A DNA stretch of 64,000 nucleotides. Source: Cycas panzhihuaensis. Lineage: Eukaryota; Plantae; Cycadophyta. Made by a program: the position numbers and the translations under genes. How positions within the stretch are numbered: the first letter of the stretch is position 1; each line of letters opens with the position of its first letter. Of the stretch, positions 43,736-57,920 are shown piece by piece. The notes below the pieces were generated by a model. It was not told where the DNA came from and ran no database searches. It saw only the letters and a program-made list of their open reading frames with translations. The DNA is taken from contig CM041465.1 in assembly GCA_023213395.1 (NCBI GenBank), positions 119,109,741 through 119,173,740 of the forward strand, written 5' to 3'.

Positions 43736-45440
43736 TTAAGGGAGGGTGTTAAAATATTTAATGACACCTCTTTTGTAAATGTATTTTTATGTATTATTGT
43801 ACCATATTGAAATTAAAATATAATGGATAAATATATTTGGTCTATCCACTTACATATAATAAGCCAATAATATTGGCATGTTATATTGGCCAATGAAATT
43901 TATTATTGAGGCATATTGTCATCTATAAAAGGCTCTTGAATCCTCTCATTTGTGCATTGATTTTTTGTATATATAAAAGCTCTGCTGGAATACAAATTGC
44001 TCAAGCTAACTAATTTGGTGATTGAAATTCTTTACAATTACTTTACTTTGGTGATTATAATTCTTTACAATTAATTCACTTTGTTCTAGTGTTCTATTCT
44101 ATTTCTATTTTAAAGTTTGTATGCATATATGTTATCTTGATCCTATTTTATTATTTTACAAGTTTAAGTGCTCAGAGGAAAGTAAAACTAGCTACCGAAA
44201 TAAGGAGTAATTAGTAGAGAATGCAACTCTATAATTAGAACTAATTAAAGGTGTGAAGGGTCAACTTATATAAATTGTAATGAAAGGAGGGTGAGCACCT
44301 TGGATCCGTGCTCGAAAGGCTCTAAAATTTCCTTCATAATAATTAAAAGCAAGTGAGAAGGTGAGGTAAGGTGCATGCACACCAAGTAGGTGGAAGATGT
44401 AAAAGAGGGTCTGGTCCCAAACTTTACCAAAATTAAGATGTGGGATCTTAATTTTTAAACCCTCACATAAGCAAGAAAAGAAAAGAAAATGAGATTTAAG
44501 CAATAAGATAATAGAGAGATATAAGCAACAAGCATAACATAAAATAATCATAAACAACAAGTAAACAAGTCAAAATCCAAGCCACATGCAAACCAAAAAA
44601 TAAAATGCTTCAAGAGCCAGAAAAGTGACAAATGAAGATGAATGAAAGATAGGTCAATGAAGAAGTAAATTCAAAGGAATATCTCAATCTGATACACAAT
44701 AAGTAATGGAATATACTTGCACATAAAAAGAATATAGGATCACTCCAAGAAAGCAATCAAATCCTGAAGAAAAACCCATAAATAAAATAGCTCTATAAAT
44801 GAGGGAATCATGAAAAAGATGAAAGAGAAATAAAAAACAAAGTAAATTGATGGTGAAAACAATAAGAAAGTACTAGAAGCTTAGTGACTAAGAGGCCAAT
44901 TTACTATTGGAGTGAAGCAGAGAGCAAACACATTGAGAAAAGTTTTCCAACAAATTAAGTCTTGAAGTATATCCACACCAAAAACTTGAATTTGGATGGA
45001 TATTTCTTAAGAACATAAGATCTTCTTCATTCCAAGCTTCAATAACCACCAAAGCTAAGCTAAGATATACAAAAAACTTACTAGAAAGCATACAAGGTAG
45101 AAAAGTGGAGCTCTTGTAAGTCCAAGAATAATAACAAAATGAAAAAAGATCTAAAACCTATTAGTTTTAAGAATTTAATAGGACACTTTTTACCATGGTT
45201 TTTCATAAGAAACCATTATTTTTCTTAACCCTCTATATTCTAGGTTATATTAAAATTGAAAAAAATAAAAGCAAAACTTAAAAAGCAAAAAGAAGCCTAG
45301 ATTTTTTTTAATTTTAAAGGCGTATCATAGGATTATACCAAAATTAGACCAATACCATGAAATTAACCCTAATATTACCATATTTTTAGTAGTACCATTA
45401 AAAATATATATATACAATGTTGTAATACTACCAAAATTAT

Positions 45441-46571
45441 TGTTGGATAGTAATATTTAATTATATTTATTTTTATCCTTGACCCATTTCATACTTTTTT
45501 GCTATTTAGTAAATTTTATATTCTAGTCACCTTAACATATATCCCATGTGGTAAGTGTGCCAACACATAAATATTTACCTTGAAGGTTCTCTAAACAAGG
45601 TGAGGTATTCTATACATCCATACATGATTCTTTTAATAAGATGAGGTATGACTATTCTTTTATATATCTTATGCATATTATAGTTGTATATATTTTATCA
45701 TTTTATTACTATTTATCCATATTATGCCCATCTCTTATGTCTATTATATGCCCTTGTTGGGTTTATCTTCTATGATTACAACTTTCTCTTTTATGTCCCA
45801 ACATAGTGGCATTAGAACAATATATTGCATCCAACATAGTGGTACTATAGTTAAAAAAAATTTCAAGATTTTAGTATTATAGCCTATAGTTGAATCCATT
45901 GTAAAGGACTTTTTAGAGCTTAGAGTTTTTTTTAATTATAGATTTAATGTCTCATTAGAACCCTTATAGTGCCTCTTTCAATATATCATATGTCTATCTT
46001 TTAAAGAGTTTTTTGGCTTATATTGAAGTCATTTAGGGGCTATTTTTCTGAAGTATTAAAAATATATTTAGGGGTTAACTTATACAGTATTTGAATATAT
46101 TTTATGGTTATTATATTGTATCTTTCTAAAGTATTTTAGTCTACTTGGAGCTACATACATGAAGAGGTTTATGATAAAAAATAATAGATTTTATATATTG
46201 AAAGGATGCATTTTGTGGCCTTTTCTTTTTGCATGTGGCTAGTTAAAAGAAATTTCCATGCAGGTCCTTATTAAGGTCATAAGAATGGTTTTTCTAGAAG
46301 TTATTTGCTAGAGCTAAATGGAGAAGATTAGTTGCTTATGTAGGCCTAATCATCCTATAAAAGCAGTAAACCTATTATTTGAAAATAAGTAAAAGAATGA
46401 TTTAAAATAGTTAAAAAGAATGTAAAATGTTATGATTATAATGGATAATTAAAGCCTTTTATTTTTTACATAAATATATTTTATGGTAGTTCTTATAAAA
46501 GCCTATTAAATTCATATGAAAAAAAATACATGTTTTCTTTACTAATTGAGAATGTAGAGAAGCTTTATTTT

Positions 46572-46611
<40 letters not shown>

Positions 46612-48975
46612 AGAAGAAAAAATAGAAAAATAGAAAAAATTTATTAAAAGTTATGATATATATATATATATATATATATGTAATGGTTATGAGATCATGC
46701 TTCTTATAGAATCCTGATAAGAGATGAAAGAATTTATCCCAAAGGAATGGAAGGCCAGGTCTTGCCCTTATGGTTCTAAGAAGAAGAAGTTGATACCATT
46801 TTATCATTGTGCTTAAGCACACCCAAATGATTTGAGATGAGGTTATTTTATGTACAAGTCAACTCATGTGCACTTAACAAAGCCTTATAGTTTCTCACAT
46901 TGTGCCATGTCCATACAGTTACAAGCATTGGCCTTGAAATCAATGGTAGTCATGTTAGGTGTGTAGAGGTTGTGTGTTTAACTCTACAAAGGGATGAAGT
47001 CAATAAGGAATCAATAGACGTGACCTTTGTTAGCACAGATAATATTTGAACCATGGGGTCTTTAGAATTTGAGGTTTATAATTGAGACAATTTATTACTC
47101 TATAGAAATTTAAAAAGATTAGAATCATCATGACTCTATAAAAACTAGTGTTACATAAGCATTGTTAAAGGAAATAAATGATAAGGATGGATGAGAGGTT
47201 TTGGCAAAGACATAAGGAGAAAACCTTGGTTAGAAAATATAAAGGGATACAATATACCATTATTGTAGTTAGTCAAGATAAGACCTTAGTAAATAGTATG
47301 GAAATATGTATGTGTGTGTGTGTATGTGTGTGTGTGTATAACTTACTAGACTTTTATTTTAGATGATTTTAATATATTAACATATTATATGGGCATGCAT
47401 TTTTTGGTTAAATCAAATTTTTTTATGGGTTGGTAGCCATTAAAAAAATTTACAAGTTTAGTTTTAAATTTAATTAAATTTGATAAAATTTTAAGTTGGA
47501 GGCCCTTTAATAACTCAACCTCCTAGTTACATGATGTCTACACATGACCAACAACTTAGCAGCGAAAAGGGATGAGCCCCTAATTTTTTAGTCCTTTTAC
47601 TTTTTAAAGGATATGATTTAACATTTTTAGCTATAACTTGAGAAAACAAAAAAAAAATGATTTTAAAACTAAAAAAAAAATTAGAATCTTGACTTAATCT
47701 CTTTCAAAATGATTAATCATTTTAAAAATTTTGGAGTTGATTTCTTATAAAAAAAATTAGCTCAAAGTCATATCAAGTTGAAAAATAAGCCATTTTCATA
47801 TGTTATTTCATCATTTTAGGCAATTTCTCTCATTCTCTTTGGTTCCATACTACTTGTTAATATTTATATTAATGCAATGTACCCTCAAATAGGAACAAAA
47901 TAAAATCTTTGTATCATAGGATTTTTTATGGTCTTTAGGAATCCATATTTTATTAAAAATTATCAAATTGACATAGGAGAATTATATTTTATGTTATCTT
48001 TTAGTCACATCCATTTTATGTCATGTTCAAGACATTTTTAGTCATATTTTAGTCACATCCACCATTGTATTACTAGACTTTGTAAGTCCATTGTGGTACC
48101 ATAGAGGCAAATTTAAGAGGCCATAAAGTTAATTTATAAGGCCAAAAAGGCCCTTCTCATTATAATTCTAGCCATAGATTTTAATAGCTTAAGATTTCTA
48201 TATATAATAGTTGATGATGTTATATTTTTAGCTATAGATGCTAAAGAAGTTACTTATAATCCCATTTACTAAGAGATGCAACACATTCTTTCAACTACTC
48301 TTGCATTTGATTTCTAGTATAATTGTTTAGCCACATAGGATGGCATGTTTATAGAGTGATACTAATATGGCGTAATAGAACTAGTACTTAAAGGAGTCAC
48401 TTATAGAACTCGTAATCAAAATAGTTGGTTACCTATGTAATGTAGTAAATGGAGCATCCTTCATATGAACATTAGTAACATTTAATGTTTATTAAAGTAA
48501 CTTATGGTCTAACATACATTGATGATAAATTTATATTTAAAGTTATATTTTATATTATATAATTATATATTATAATGGGAATGTTAGATAATAATATCTA
48601 ATTACATTTATTATTATTCCTAACCCATTTTATACTCTCTTATTATTTAGTATATTTTATATTCTAATCAACTTAATATGTGTACCACTTGAAAAGTATA
48701 CTAGTATATAAAAGTTGACTTTAAGGGTTCTCCACATGAGGTGAGGTATTATATAAATATGTACATGATTCTTTTAATAAAAAAAAAGATTATTTTTTCA
48801 CATATCTTATATGCATTACACTTGTACATATTTTATTATTTTATTACTTATTTATCCATCTTATGATAATCTCTCTTATCTATTACTTGCCCTTATTAGG
48901 TTTATCTTTTATGGTTTATAGCTTCTACATTCATCTCCAAATATAGTGGTATTATATCTAAAAAAAATTCTAATA
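45441..48975 (+). mobile_element. Non-coding LTR element (large TRIM/LARD-like), element 5
   Basis: LTRs 45441-45868 and 48582-48975; TSD ATTAT (45436-45440, 48976-48980); decayed PBS tagtattatagcc ~45872; PPT aatgggaa before 48582; no gag/pol recognised. Confidence 0.75.
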
Positions 48976-49419
48976 ATTATTATACAATAGCATAAAATCC
49001 CTATAAAATTTGGTAGTACCTATATAAATTTGACAGTATGATCAAGAACACAAAGCATAAGTTGATGGCATACCAAATAAGTCATATCACATTAAGTACA
49101 TAAACTTTCAAGTTGAAAATCTTAAAGTTATTAACTATAACAACTACACTATAATAAATTAAAACTTTAAACTTAAAAATTAAAAGAATATCCCCCTTTT
49201 AAGACATTTAGCATGGGAATTAGGTCATTTTAAGAGAGAATTCAAAAGTTAGGATCCAACCATGATTTACATATAAGTAGCAAGAGTGAAAATAATACTT
49301 GACTACTAAAGAGGCCAAAAATATACAAAACATTTTCTCCCTTGGCAATTGAATCTCAATAAAAGAAATGATACAAGATATTAATGGTTGACAATGATCT
49401 TCACTTATAAGTATTGTAT

Positions 49420-49800
49420 ACGAATATGTTAAATAAGGTCATCTACTTTGACATTATGAACTCCAGATATGTGACAAATATAGACATGAGGAAACTACAC
49501 TAAGAGGGATTTAGTTGAGTTAACAAATATGTAAAGCTTGGGACTAAACATTTAATAGGCATTGATTAATTGGTAAATAACTAAGAGGTAATATGTGCAT
49601 AGAATGGTATTGGGGAGCTAAGTATGGATTACATCTTACAGGGCACTAATAACAATACCATACTTAACTAGGTTATTTATGGTAGAGAGAAGAAAAAGTC
49701 ATGCTCATGATAACTTAACTAAAAGGAGGTTAAATGATCCAAGCAGTAGTAGAAGGCTCAAGGTTCCCTTGACTTCTCCTATTTGTGTTAATAAGATATG
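49420..49800 (-). pseudogene. Second archaeal-type RNase H remnant from an older Tat-like element
   Basis: Minus strand: YLINTNRRSQGNLEPSTTAWII ... TINNLVKYGIVISAL ... YYLLVIYQLINAY*MFSPKL...TKSLLV*FPHVYICHISGVHNVKVDDL; colinear with the 36442-36897 protein; PPT CTTAAAAGGGGGA (minus) at 49191-49203. Confidence 0.72.
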
Positions 49801-51562
49801 CCATGGATGCAATCACAAATCATGGATGGTTAACCAAGGAGCTTTTAGATAAATGGAGAAGAATATAAAACTATTAAGAAGAAAGATTATTAGGCAAGAT
49901 TATAAGTAAATAAGGGCATTCATGATTAGATACAAGGTAGGTAATGACAACCACAATAGGGTTTGATCTAGGTGAGAGCATCAATGGGCCAAAGCAATGC
50001 TAAATCTAAAGGACCTAGAGGGTGTAATTGATCTAAATCTAGATTACCAAGTAGCAAGTGGGAATAAGGTTATCACATTGCCTACCTTAGATGCTAGGAT
50101 AATGTTATCATAGGGATAAGTATCACTTTATTTACTACTACATTTGACTTGATTTCATGTCATAGTATCAAGCAAGATTTGATCATTAGAGGAGATTGGT
50201 AATCCACAACCAAGATTTGAAGTTGTTTAGTGACCCGTACAATATGGACATAAACCACCAACTAGTAGGTGGGAATAAGACCAATACATAACCTACCCTA
50301 TATGCCAAGGTGGTGTTTTATGGTGATGAATAACTAGGAATTAGGAAAGGGTATGTTATTGCACGAATGCCTTATTTACTTGGGTAATATTTTGATTGAA
50401 TAAAATGATCATGTGATCCCCTAATTAACCTAAGGAAATATGAAGGGTATTTAGAACTAGTAGACCCTAAGTTTATAATCATGAGTGTGAATATAGATAG
50501 AGTTGCAACGCATATGGGGATAAGACAACAAGATAAGAAGAGAGAAATAAGAAGTTTGAACATGCCATAGTTGGACATTTAAGGCCAAAAGGTAGTATCA
50601 TTAATATGATAATATTTCATGGTAATTACAACAAAGGACATTAGAATGAACTAACTAAGGGATAATAAGTAATAGGAGGCAAAAGTAAATTAGATTAGAA
50701 ATGAGAATAAGAGAGAATGAGCCAAAAATAATAAGCTTTAAGGGTTTCAAAGAGGCAAAATATTTTAGGCAAAAGTACATAAACCTAGAAGTGGTGAGGG
50801 AAAAATCATTAGAATATTAAATGGAATGAATTAGAAGCAAAACTTATAAAAACACCATAAACATGAGAGAGAATAGAATAAAAAATAAAAAAAAAAAGCA
50901 AGTAAAATAGAAACTAGATAACTCTTTAAATAATGAAAGAGAAATTATAAAAATTGGAGAAAACATGTTCATTTTTACTAAACCATATGCCAAATGCAAA
51001 ATCACCTATGATAGAGATGGTCAATGGAGGTGATGTAGGTGAAGAAGATAAGACACTCAAATAAGGAGCAGAGCTTTCAAAGGAGGCAAGGAGCATTAAG
51101 AAACATAGGTGACACATCTAGGATTAAGGAAAAATCATAAGTACAAGCCACAAGAATCATTTCTCCTAAATTGAGAGCCAACTACTATATGAGATAATAA
51201 AAATAATCAAGCATAATGGTAAATAAGCAACCCAATAAGGAGCTTTAAGACCTTAATGATCCGCTTCATGAGAAAATAATTGGGATTTCATTTGTAATAT
51301 CTAAGAAACCCTATATAGATGTCCACCAATAATATACATGCTTAACCTATGAGCATTTAAATAATACTTTCCTTAAAAGGATTAAATCCCTTGCCAAAGG
51401 AGTTGAGAGGCTCCTTCAATGAGGGAAGGGATCTAAGATAAAATAGTAAGTATCGTTCTTTAGCCATAGATATATTATGAAAATTATAGGTTTGGTATTT
51501 TATCAACTTCTTAAATAAATCTATCCATTTTCTAAGAAACTTCATGATTTACTCTTTATTAC

Positions 51563-53082
51563 TATTAAAACATAATATTTAATGTGGATAAAGTTTAATG
51601 TCACCCTTATCTTAATTACATCATAGGTATTTTATATTGAGTTATTAACATGTATGTATGTGATTCACACCTATTCATATAAGCGTCCCATTGGTAGACT
51701 TAAGGGTTCTTACATTTAATTGGTTAAATATGAGGTCACATGTACTATAAATATGTAATCATGCCTAATGTAATAATTGGAAGGTGATTATTTTCCTACA
51801 TCTTTGTTGTATTTTATATTGTATATACTTCATCTTTTATTTACTTTATTTATTATTTTATCTTTAATCTCTTATATTTGTTACATATTACATACATGGT
51901 AATTTCTAAGATAATCTCAAAATTATAAATGGAAGTGGTTTCACATTAATTAGAGAAATTTGAGTAAAAGTTATTAACATTTTATCAGATGATACTTTTA
52001 TAGTTAAAAAACCCTAGGATAAACCATCTTTTAAAGGGTCATAACTCTTGATATATATATTATTTTTACAAGATGGTAAAAGAAGAAATATGATTAGTTT
52101 AAATTTAAGTAAAAATTACTTATTTATGATAGTTTAAAGGCTCTTAAGAGTCTTCTTTTACTTATGAGAGTTCTTTCTTGCAAAATCATATCTCGTATTT
52201 GTTTATCATTAGTTATATTATTATCATTTAGTAGAAGATGCTTCATATAAGCATATTTGATGTTTAATAAACTTGGAAAGCTTAAACTCTATATGATATT
52301 CATATGTATCCTTGAAGAACCACATGGGCTTCAAGGTGTATATTGCTCTTATCCTTGAAGGAACCATAAATTGGATGCCTCAAATAAGAATGAAGGAACC
52401 ACAAACTCATTGCCTCAAACAATAATGATGTTGCTTTGGTACTCAAATCATTTGCTTAGAAGACTTAGTCCCAAAATAAAGTTGATTAATATTGATTAAA
52501 CGATGTATTCAAAAGATGTTCCTATTTAACTAGTAATTGCAACAGCTAGTTACCCATGCATTTTGGTAGATGGACTTTTCTTTATATGGACTTTAGTAGA
52601 TTTAGTTTGCAGCTTGTAGATACAACTAATATAATATAGAGATAATTTTCATTTATTCTAATAGAATTTTACATAATACATAAATGTGATATTAAACATT
52701 ATAGGAGGATGTTAAAACATAATGTTTAATATGGGTTAAGGTTTAGTATCCCCCTTATCTTAACTCTCTCATAGGTATTTTATATTGAGTTATTAACATG
52801 TATGCATGTGATGTATACCTATTCATATAAATATCCCATTAGTAGAATTAAAGGTTCTTACATCTGATTAGTCAAGTATGAGGTCACATGTACTATAAGT
52901 ATGTATTCATATCTAATGTAATAATTAGATGGTGATCATTTTCTCACATCTTTGTTCTATTTTATATTATACATACTTCATATTTTTTACTTTATTTATT
53001 ATTTTATCTTTAATATCTCATACTTGTTGCATATTGCATACATGTCAATTTTTGAGATAATCTCAAAATTCATATTTTAAAA
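51563..53082 (+). mobile_element. TRIM-like non-coding LTR element, element 6
   Basis: LTRs 51563-~51930 and 52710-53082; TSD ATTAC (51558-51562, 53083-53087); decayed PBS agtggtttcaca ~51934; PPT ATAGGAGGA 52701-52709. Confidence 0.82.
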
Positions 53083-55481
53083 ATTACTCAAAGCCTTTCT
53101 TACAAATCCTAAAAGATGAAAGTAAAAGTAGGAATTCCCCTAAGTAAGGCAAATAGATAATGTATAGTTTATACTCATTTTAGAGCCAGGTTATCACTAA
53201 GTGCTAGGCTTAGAGGAAAGAGTGATAATTTATACCCATGTTAAAGTGTATCGTAGTTTAAGCTCATTACGAAGTAGAGGAGGTGATAAGCTATGTATAA
53301 TAGAGATAAAGGAACTAAAAGTTAATGAGACTTTAGAGCCTACTACCCTCTAATATAATGATGGGATAAGTAGCATTATCCAAATCTTCAATTACTAAAA
53401 AGGGGCCTACTTATTTAGGTAAAATCTTGTATTAATTTTTATAAAGGTGCTATTAACCTACTTTTTGATACTCACTCAAAAGTGCACAAGGTACCAATAA
53501 GCTTGACCTTGATGGCTCATATACAACTCACTCATATATTGAAAAGATTTAATTAAAAAAAACTAGCAACTAAAGTTATTTCCTTTTTTAAATGATTTCA
53601 AGACAAAGTTTATTAAAGATAATCCTCTAATAGTAAGTGAGTTTCCAAGAATTTATATGGGTAACATGGGCAAATTGCTATCAGAAAGAAAGCAATGACA
53701 TCATGCATTAAGAAAAGGGGAACAATAAAATACTAAGAATAAAGCAAAGGGATGCCTCATTTTACAAAGCAAATAAGCTTATTAAATGAAATATAAAAAA
53801 AATGGATTATAGCATAAGGGGAATATAAATTTTTCTAGGTTATTTTCCTCAATGTTTCACTATGCTTCTTATTGATGGGGAAACAAGATAATGTAGAGGG
53901 ATTTCACCATGATCTTCACCATATTTTCAATTTGAAGGGTTCATATGGGTATTATGTAGTTGAAAGATATTAACAGACCATTTTGCAAGGGTAGACTTAT
54001 GCCATATAGTTATACCCTAAATGTTGGTCATAACTAATCAAGGGAGGCCATCTAAGATTATGGTACTGATACACCCAGTTATATGGAAGTCACCTAGTTA
54101 GTAGAGGATAAAATATAGATTTTTGTTGCAGTGGAAATAGCATTTTCATATAGTTGCAAAGGCAATATTTAATAGCCTATCACCTAGCATAAAAAAGGGT
54201 TTTATAAAATAATTCCAATAAGACTATAAATAAGGAAGGCATAAATGTATAAAAGGGGGAATTCTAGCAGTAGTTTTCCTTGGGTGGTCATCAAAGGATT
54301 CATGTTGTGTCTCTTTTATCTTTTCTCTTATGTTTCTCAAATTGCATATGATCAAGAGGAGAGGTTTTGTATTTTAAAATCTACCAACTCTTCAATAAGA
54401 ACATTTATTATTGAAGATGTTGTAAGTTTTCTATATTAGTGTATATTAGGAAGTCATCATGAGTAGTACATATGTGCTTAACTAATGGTTTATAATAAAA
54501 TTAAGTAGAGACTATTGTTATATTATTATAATGTATTTCTTCTAAAAATCAAATAAAATTAGCCATATGATTATATGTTAGGATATTTTTAGTTATGCCA
54601 TATTACTTGATTTTGGATGGCTGGGAACATACAATCTTTTCTTTATCTTAGGTATTGATGTTATAAATAATCTTTGTGAGGGCTAGTAGGTGCAACCACT
54701 TGTAGAGTTATTATAATATTATATTTTAATTTTATCTTCATCATTTTCCTTTCTCATTTCCATATTTTGTTTCCTTAATTTTACTCTAATACACTTTTTA
54801 GTTGATGGTTTTGTTTATTGGGCAATCGCATTTGTTGTTTAGGAAGCATTAATCATTAAGCTACCAAGTATTTATAGGATTTAAATAATCTTGTGATATA
54901 ATATTAATTGTTATATACTACCATTTCCTTATTTTATTTTTTATTCTACTCTCTTTTATTTTCCTTTTTCTTTATATTCTAAAAATGGTCATTTAAACTT
55001 TATTACACCACACTTTTACTTTGTATATATATGCATCATTATCTCTCACAAGCTAATAAAGATACAATAGGGTTAAATATTGTGTAATTGTCTACTAGTC
55101 TTCATTTTTATCTTTAAAACATGACTAGACTAGACCTTACATTTATCCATCATTTGGAAGGGCACCAATATTGTGGGGTAATATAATTGGTGACCATATT
55201 GGGGAAACATCTCTCCATATATAAACACTTTTCTTTTTTCTTTAGACCTTTATTGTACATCTTAGTATCATTATTTTTTTTAGGAGTTGGCCAAACTAGG
55301 GATGGGGGCCACATATACATCTCTGAAAGTATAAGATATTTAGAGAATATAATATTTTATTCTAAATCACTTTCAATTTCATCATTTATTACAGAAGCAT
55401 GATGGAACATGAAATTTTATTTTTGGATCAATATTTTTACCAATATTCAACATTGAAGATTTTAATAGGAACTATTAGGCA

Positions 55482-56050
55482 ATGGAAAAAGGTGACCTTC
55501 TTCCTTGGATTATTAATAATCCTCTTGATCTATGAGGCATATACCATGATAGTCTAATGCCATCTATAAAATATTTTCCTAGGTTTGATAGGGATGGATT
55601 GATTTTATCAAAATGGCATATTGCAGACTTTTCTATTATATGTAAGAAATTAAAATCCTTAAATATAATGTTTCTATTAAATTATTTGTTTATTCTTTAA
55701 TTGGAGGAGAAATAACTTGGTTTTATTCCTTACTATATGCTTTTATTAGAGGTTGGAATGACTCGATGTAAGTTTTCATAATGAAATATAGTAGCTAGAG
55801 GACCTTTTCTCCACTTTTAAAAGATTTCTCCAGTATGAAGAAAGAGGTTAGAGAAAACATCACTGAGTATGTAGGCAAATTTGACAAAATCCTTAATTAG
55901 ATTAAAGCTAAAGTGAGGCCTACATAATAGATTTGATAGATTGGTTCATGGATGGTCTAAATATAGATGCAAGTGTGTGGATAGTTCTTAAATAACTAAT
56001 AGATCTCCAAATCACAAAAGATCTTACTCTTTATTTTGGGATAATCATGG
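55482..56050 (+). pseudogene. Element 7 gag remnant
   Basis: PLDL*GIYHDSLMPSIKYFPRFDRDG...WHIADF...VSIKLFVYSLIGGEITWFYSL...MKKEVRENITEYVGKFDK. Confidence 0.75.
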
Positions 56051-57434
56051 ATAGGATGGGGACCAATCAAGGAATTTAAATCATAGAGGAAGGTAGAAAC
56101 ATATACAAGACAATCGTAGGTGATAGTAAAGATACTTTAGTAATAGTTTATGAATTCATTGAGGACATTGGGACCTCTCTTGAATATAGTAATAAAAGAG
56201 AATAATTTCATGATGATGCATCAACTGTAATTAAATTGCAATTTAAAAAGGAGGCTTCCCCATCATTTGCTACAAAGGTGGTGTTGTTACTCATAAAAAA
56301 TTAATCCTTTCTTCACTTAACCTTATGTTGCCCATAAATAAGGAGATGGATTTTGATAAAGAAATATCTACCTTTTTGTCTAGTCTAAGTAACGAATCCT
56401 CATTTGATCAAGAACTTGCTAAATTATTAAATAGGTATCTATGACAAGATTTAGAAACTTACAGAAAATTCATAAAACCATGAGTCCATCTTACCTTTCA
56501 AGAAGGTTGTTGATGCTAAAATTATTATTGAAGTTAGAATCCTATCTATGGAGTTAGCTTAATTTGAAGGTTAAATACTATCATATAATTAGAAATATGA
56601 TGAACTAGATATCTTAATGGGTGAATTTAATTGGCTTTAGGAAACATATGATATTGTATATTCAAATCCATACCTTATATACTTTAGTCTTTATTTTTAG
56701 AGCAATTACGATTAAATATTTTATAACAAACAAGATAAATAGTTTTTAGATTTGGAGCTTGAGCCTCATATATTCATTGAGATATTTTTATATCTTAAGG
56801 GTATTGTTACTACATATCAATATATAGAAAAGAGATGTTATTTTCTCATTACATGGAGTTAAGTAGTCTACAATGATTAACTTAAAAATCAAAGACTATA
56901 TGCTTCAATGAATAATTTACAAGAAAAAAAGTTGTTTCTTTTGGATATACATGTTGATCCTATTGTACTTGGTCTTTAAACATTTTCATCATGTACATAT
57001 TAGTATAGAGACTTTTAATTTTGAGTTATTTTGCATTGTATTAACCCACATGGGGCTAAATAAATGTAAGGAGGAAAAGTTTGGTAAGAAAATAAGCACC
57101 AATTAGGACTCTACTTTATTAAGAATTAAAGGGGAGTTATAAAATGATGATGATTGTAATGATATATGGAAAGATGACTTGCTTCAATAGTGTACTAACA
57201 TAGGTGATGCCTATAAAGTATGGGAGTTAGACCCTATAAAGAAAGGCTTGTGGAGCATTATAAAAGATAGATATAAATGATACTCTTATTTAGGTACATA
57301 TGCATACATTTATTAATGGTTCTTAATGCCAAAGAGTTCTATAAATAGCATTTTCCTTACTTGAATAATAAATAACAATTGCAGTGATGCTCATACAATG
57401 CCATCTTCTTAGAGTTTGCTAGTATTCACCTATA

Positions 57435-57658
57435 GTGGATATAGGGAGAACTATTGTTTTACATGATTCATCAACCAAGTATTGATATCTTCAAACTATA
57501 TAATGAGTTATTGTTTATAAAACAATACGGCCAAGTGATCTATTAGTCAAAATCCATAATTAATAATGAACTATGGATATAATCTAACTACTTAGATGCT
57601 TGAGATTAGTACATAAGCAACCAAGAAATGTATTGGATAAGACTTTATAGTTATATAT
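57435..57658 (+). pseudogene. Captured PDR-type ABCG transporter fragment (NBD2 region)
   Basis: [36 protein letters not shown] ... GYNLTT*MLEIST*ATKKCIG*DFIVIY versus the PDR consensus [36 protein letters not shown] ... GYNPATWMLEV. Confidence 0.85.
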
Positions 57659-57920
57659 CATTTAACACTTGGATTTCATTCATATTTAGGATGTAATAAT
57701 TGTAATTTTATCCCTAGTCACAGGAATGCTATTAGAATGGCACTTAGCCCTTGTTGCATTAGCAACAATATCCCTCCTCATGATTTTAACAATTATATAG
57801 AAAATATAGATGACTAGATTCTCAAGAGGAATCTAGGAAATGCACAAAAAGCCTCCCTTGGTTCTTAAGGATCATGTCAAAAATATATACGATGGTATAA
57901 TTTTGTGCTTGTGACAAGAT
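57658..57920 (+). pseudogene. Captured ABCB6/ABCB20-like transporter fragment (TMD2)
   Basis: I*DVIIVILSLVTGMLLEWHLALVALATISLLMILTII*KI*MTRFSRGI*EMHKKPPLVLKDHVKNIY versus IQD...GMLLQWRLALVALATLP...AQKLWLAGFSRGIQEMHRKASLVLEDAVRNIY. Confidence 0.85.

Noticed and set aside
46696-46850. EWKARSCPYGSKKKKLIPFYHCA*AHPNDLR as a captured CCCH zinc-finger fragment
   Set aside because: Cys/His spacing does not fit, and the match is too short to support.
47499-48122. Possible TIR DNA transposon inside element 5
   Set aside because: Only ~10 bp of imperfect inverted match (ggccctttaa / ggcctcttaa) and no clear TSD.
50372-50578. Minus ORF starting MSNYGMFKL as a Copia gag start
   Set aside because: Only a few residues resemble gag; no PBS, zinc knuckle or downstream pol supports it.
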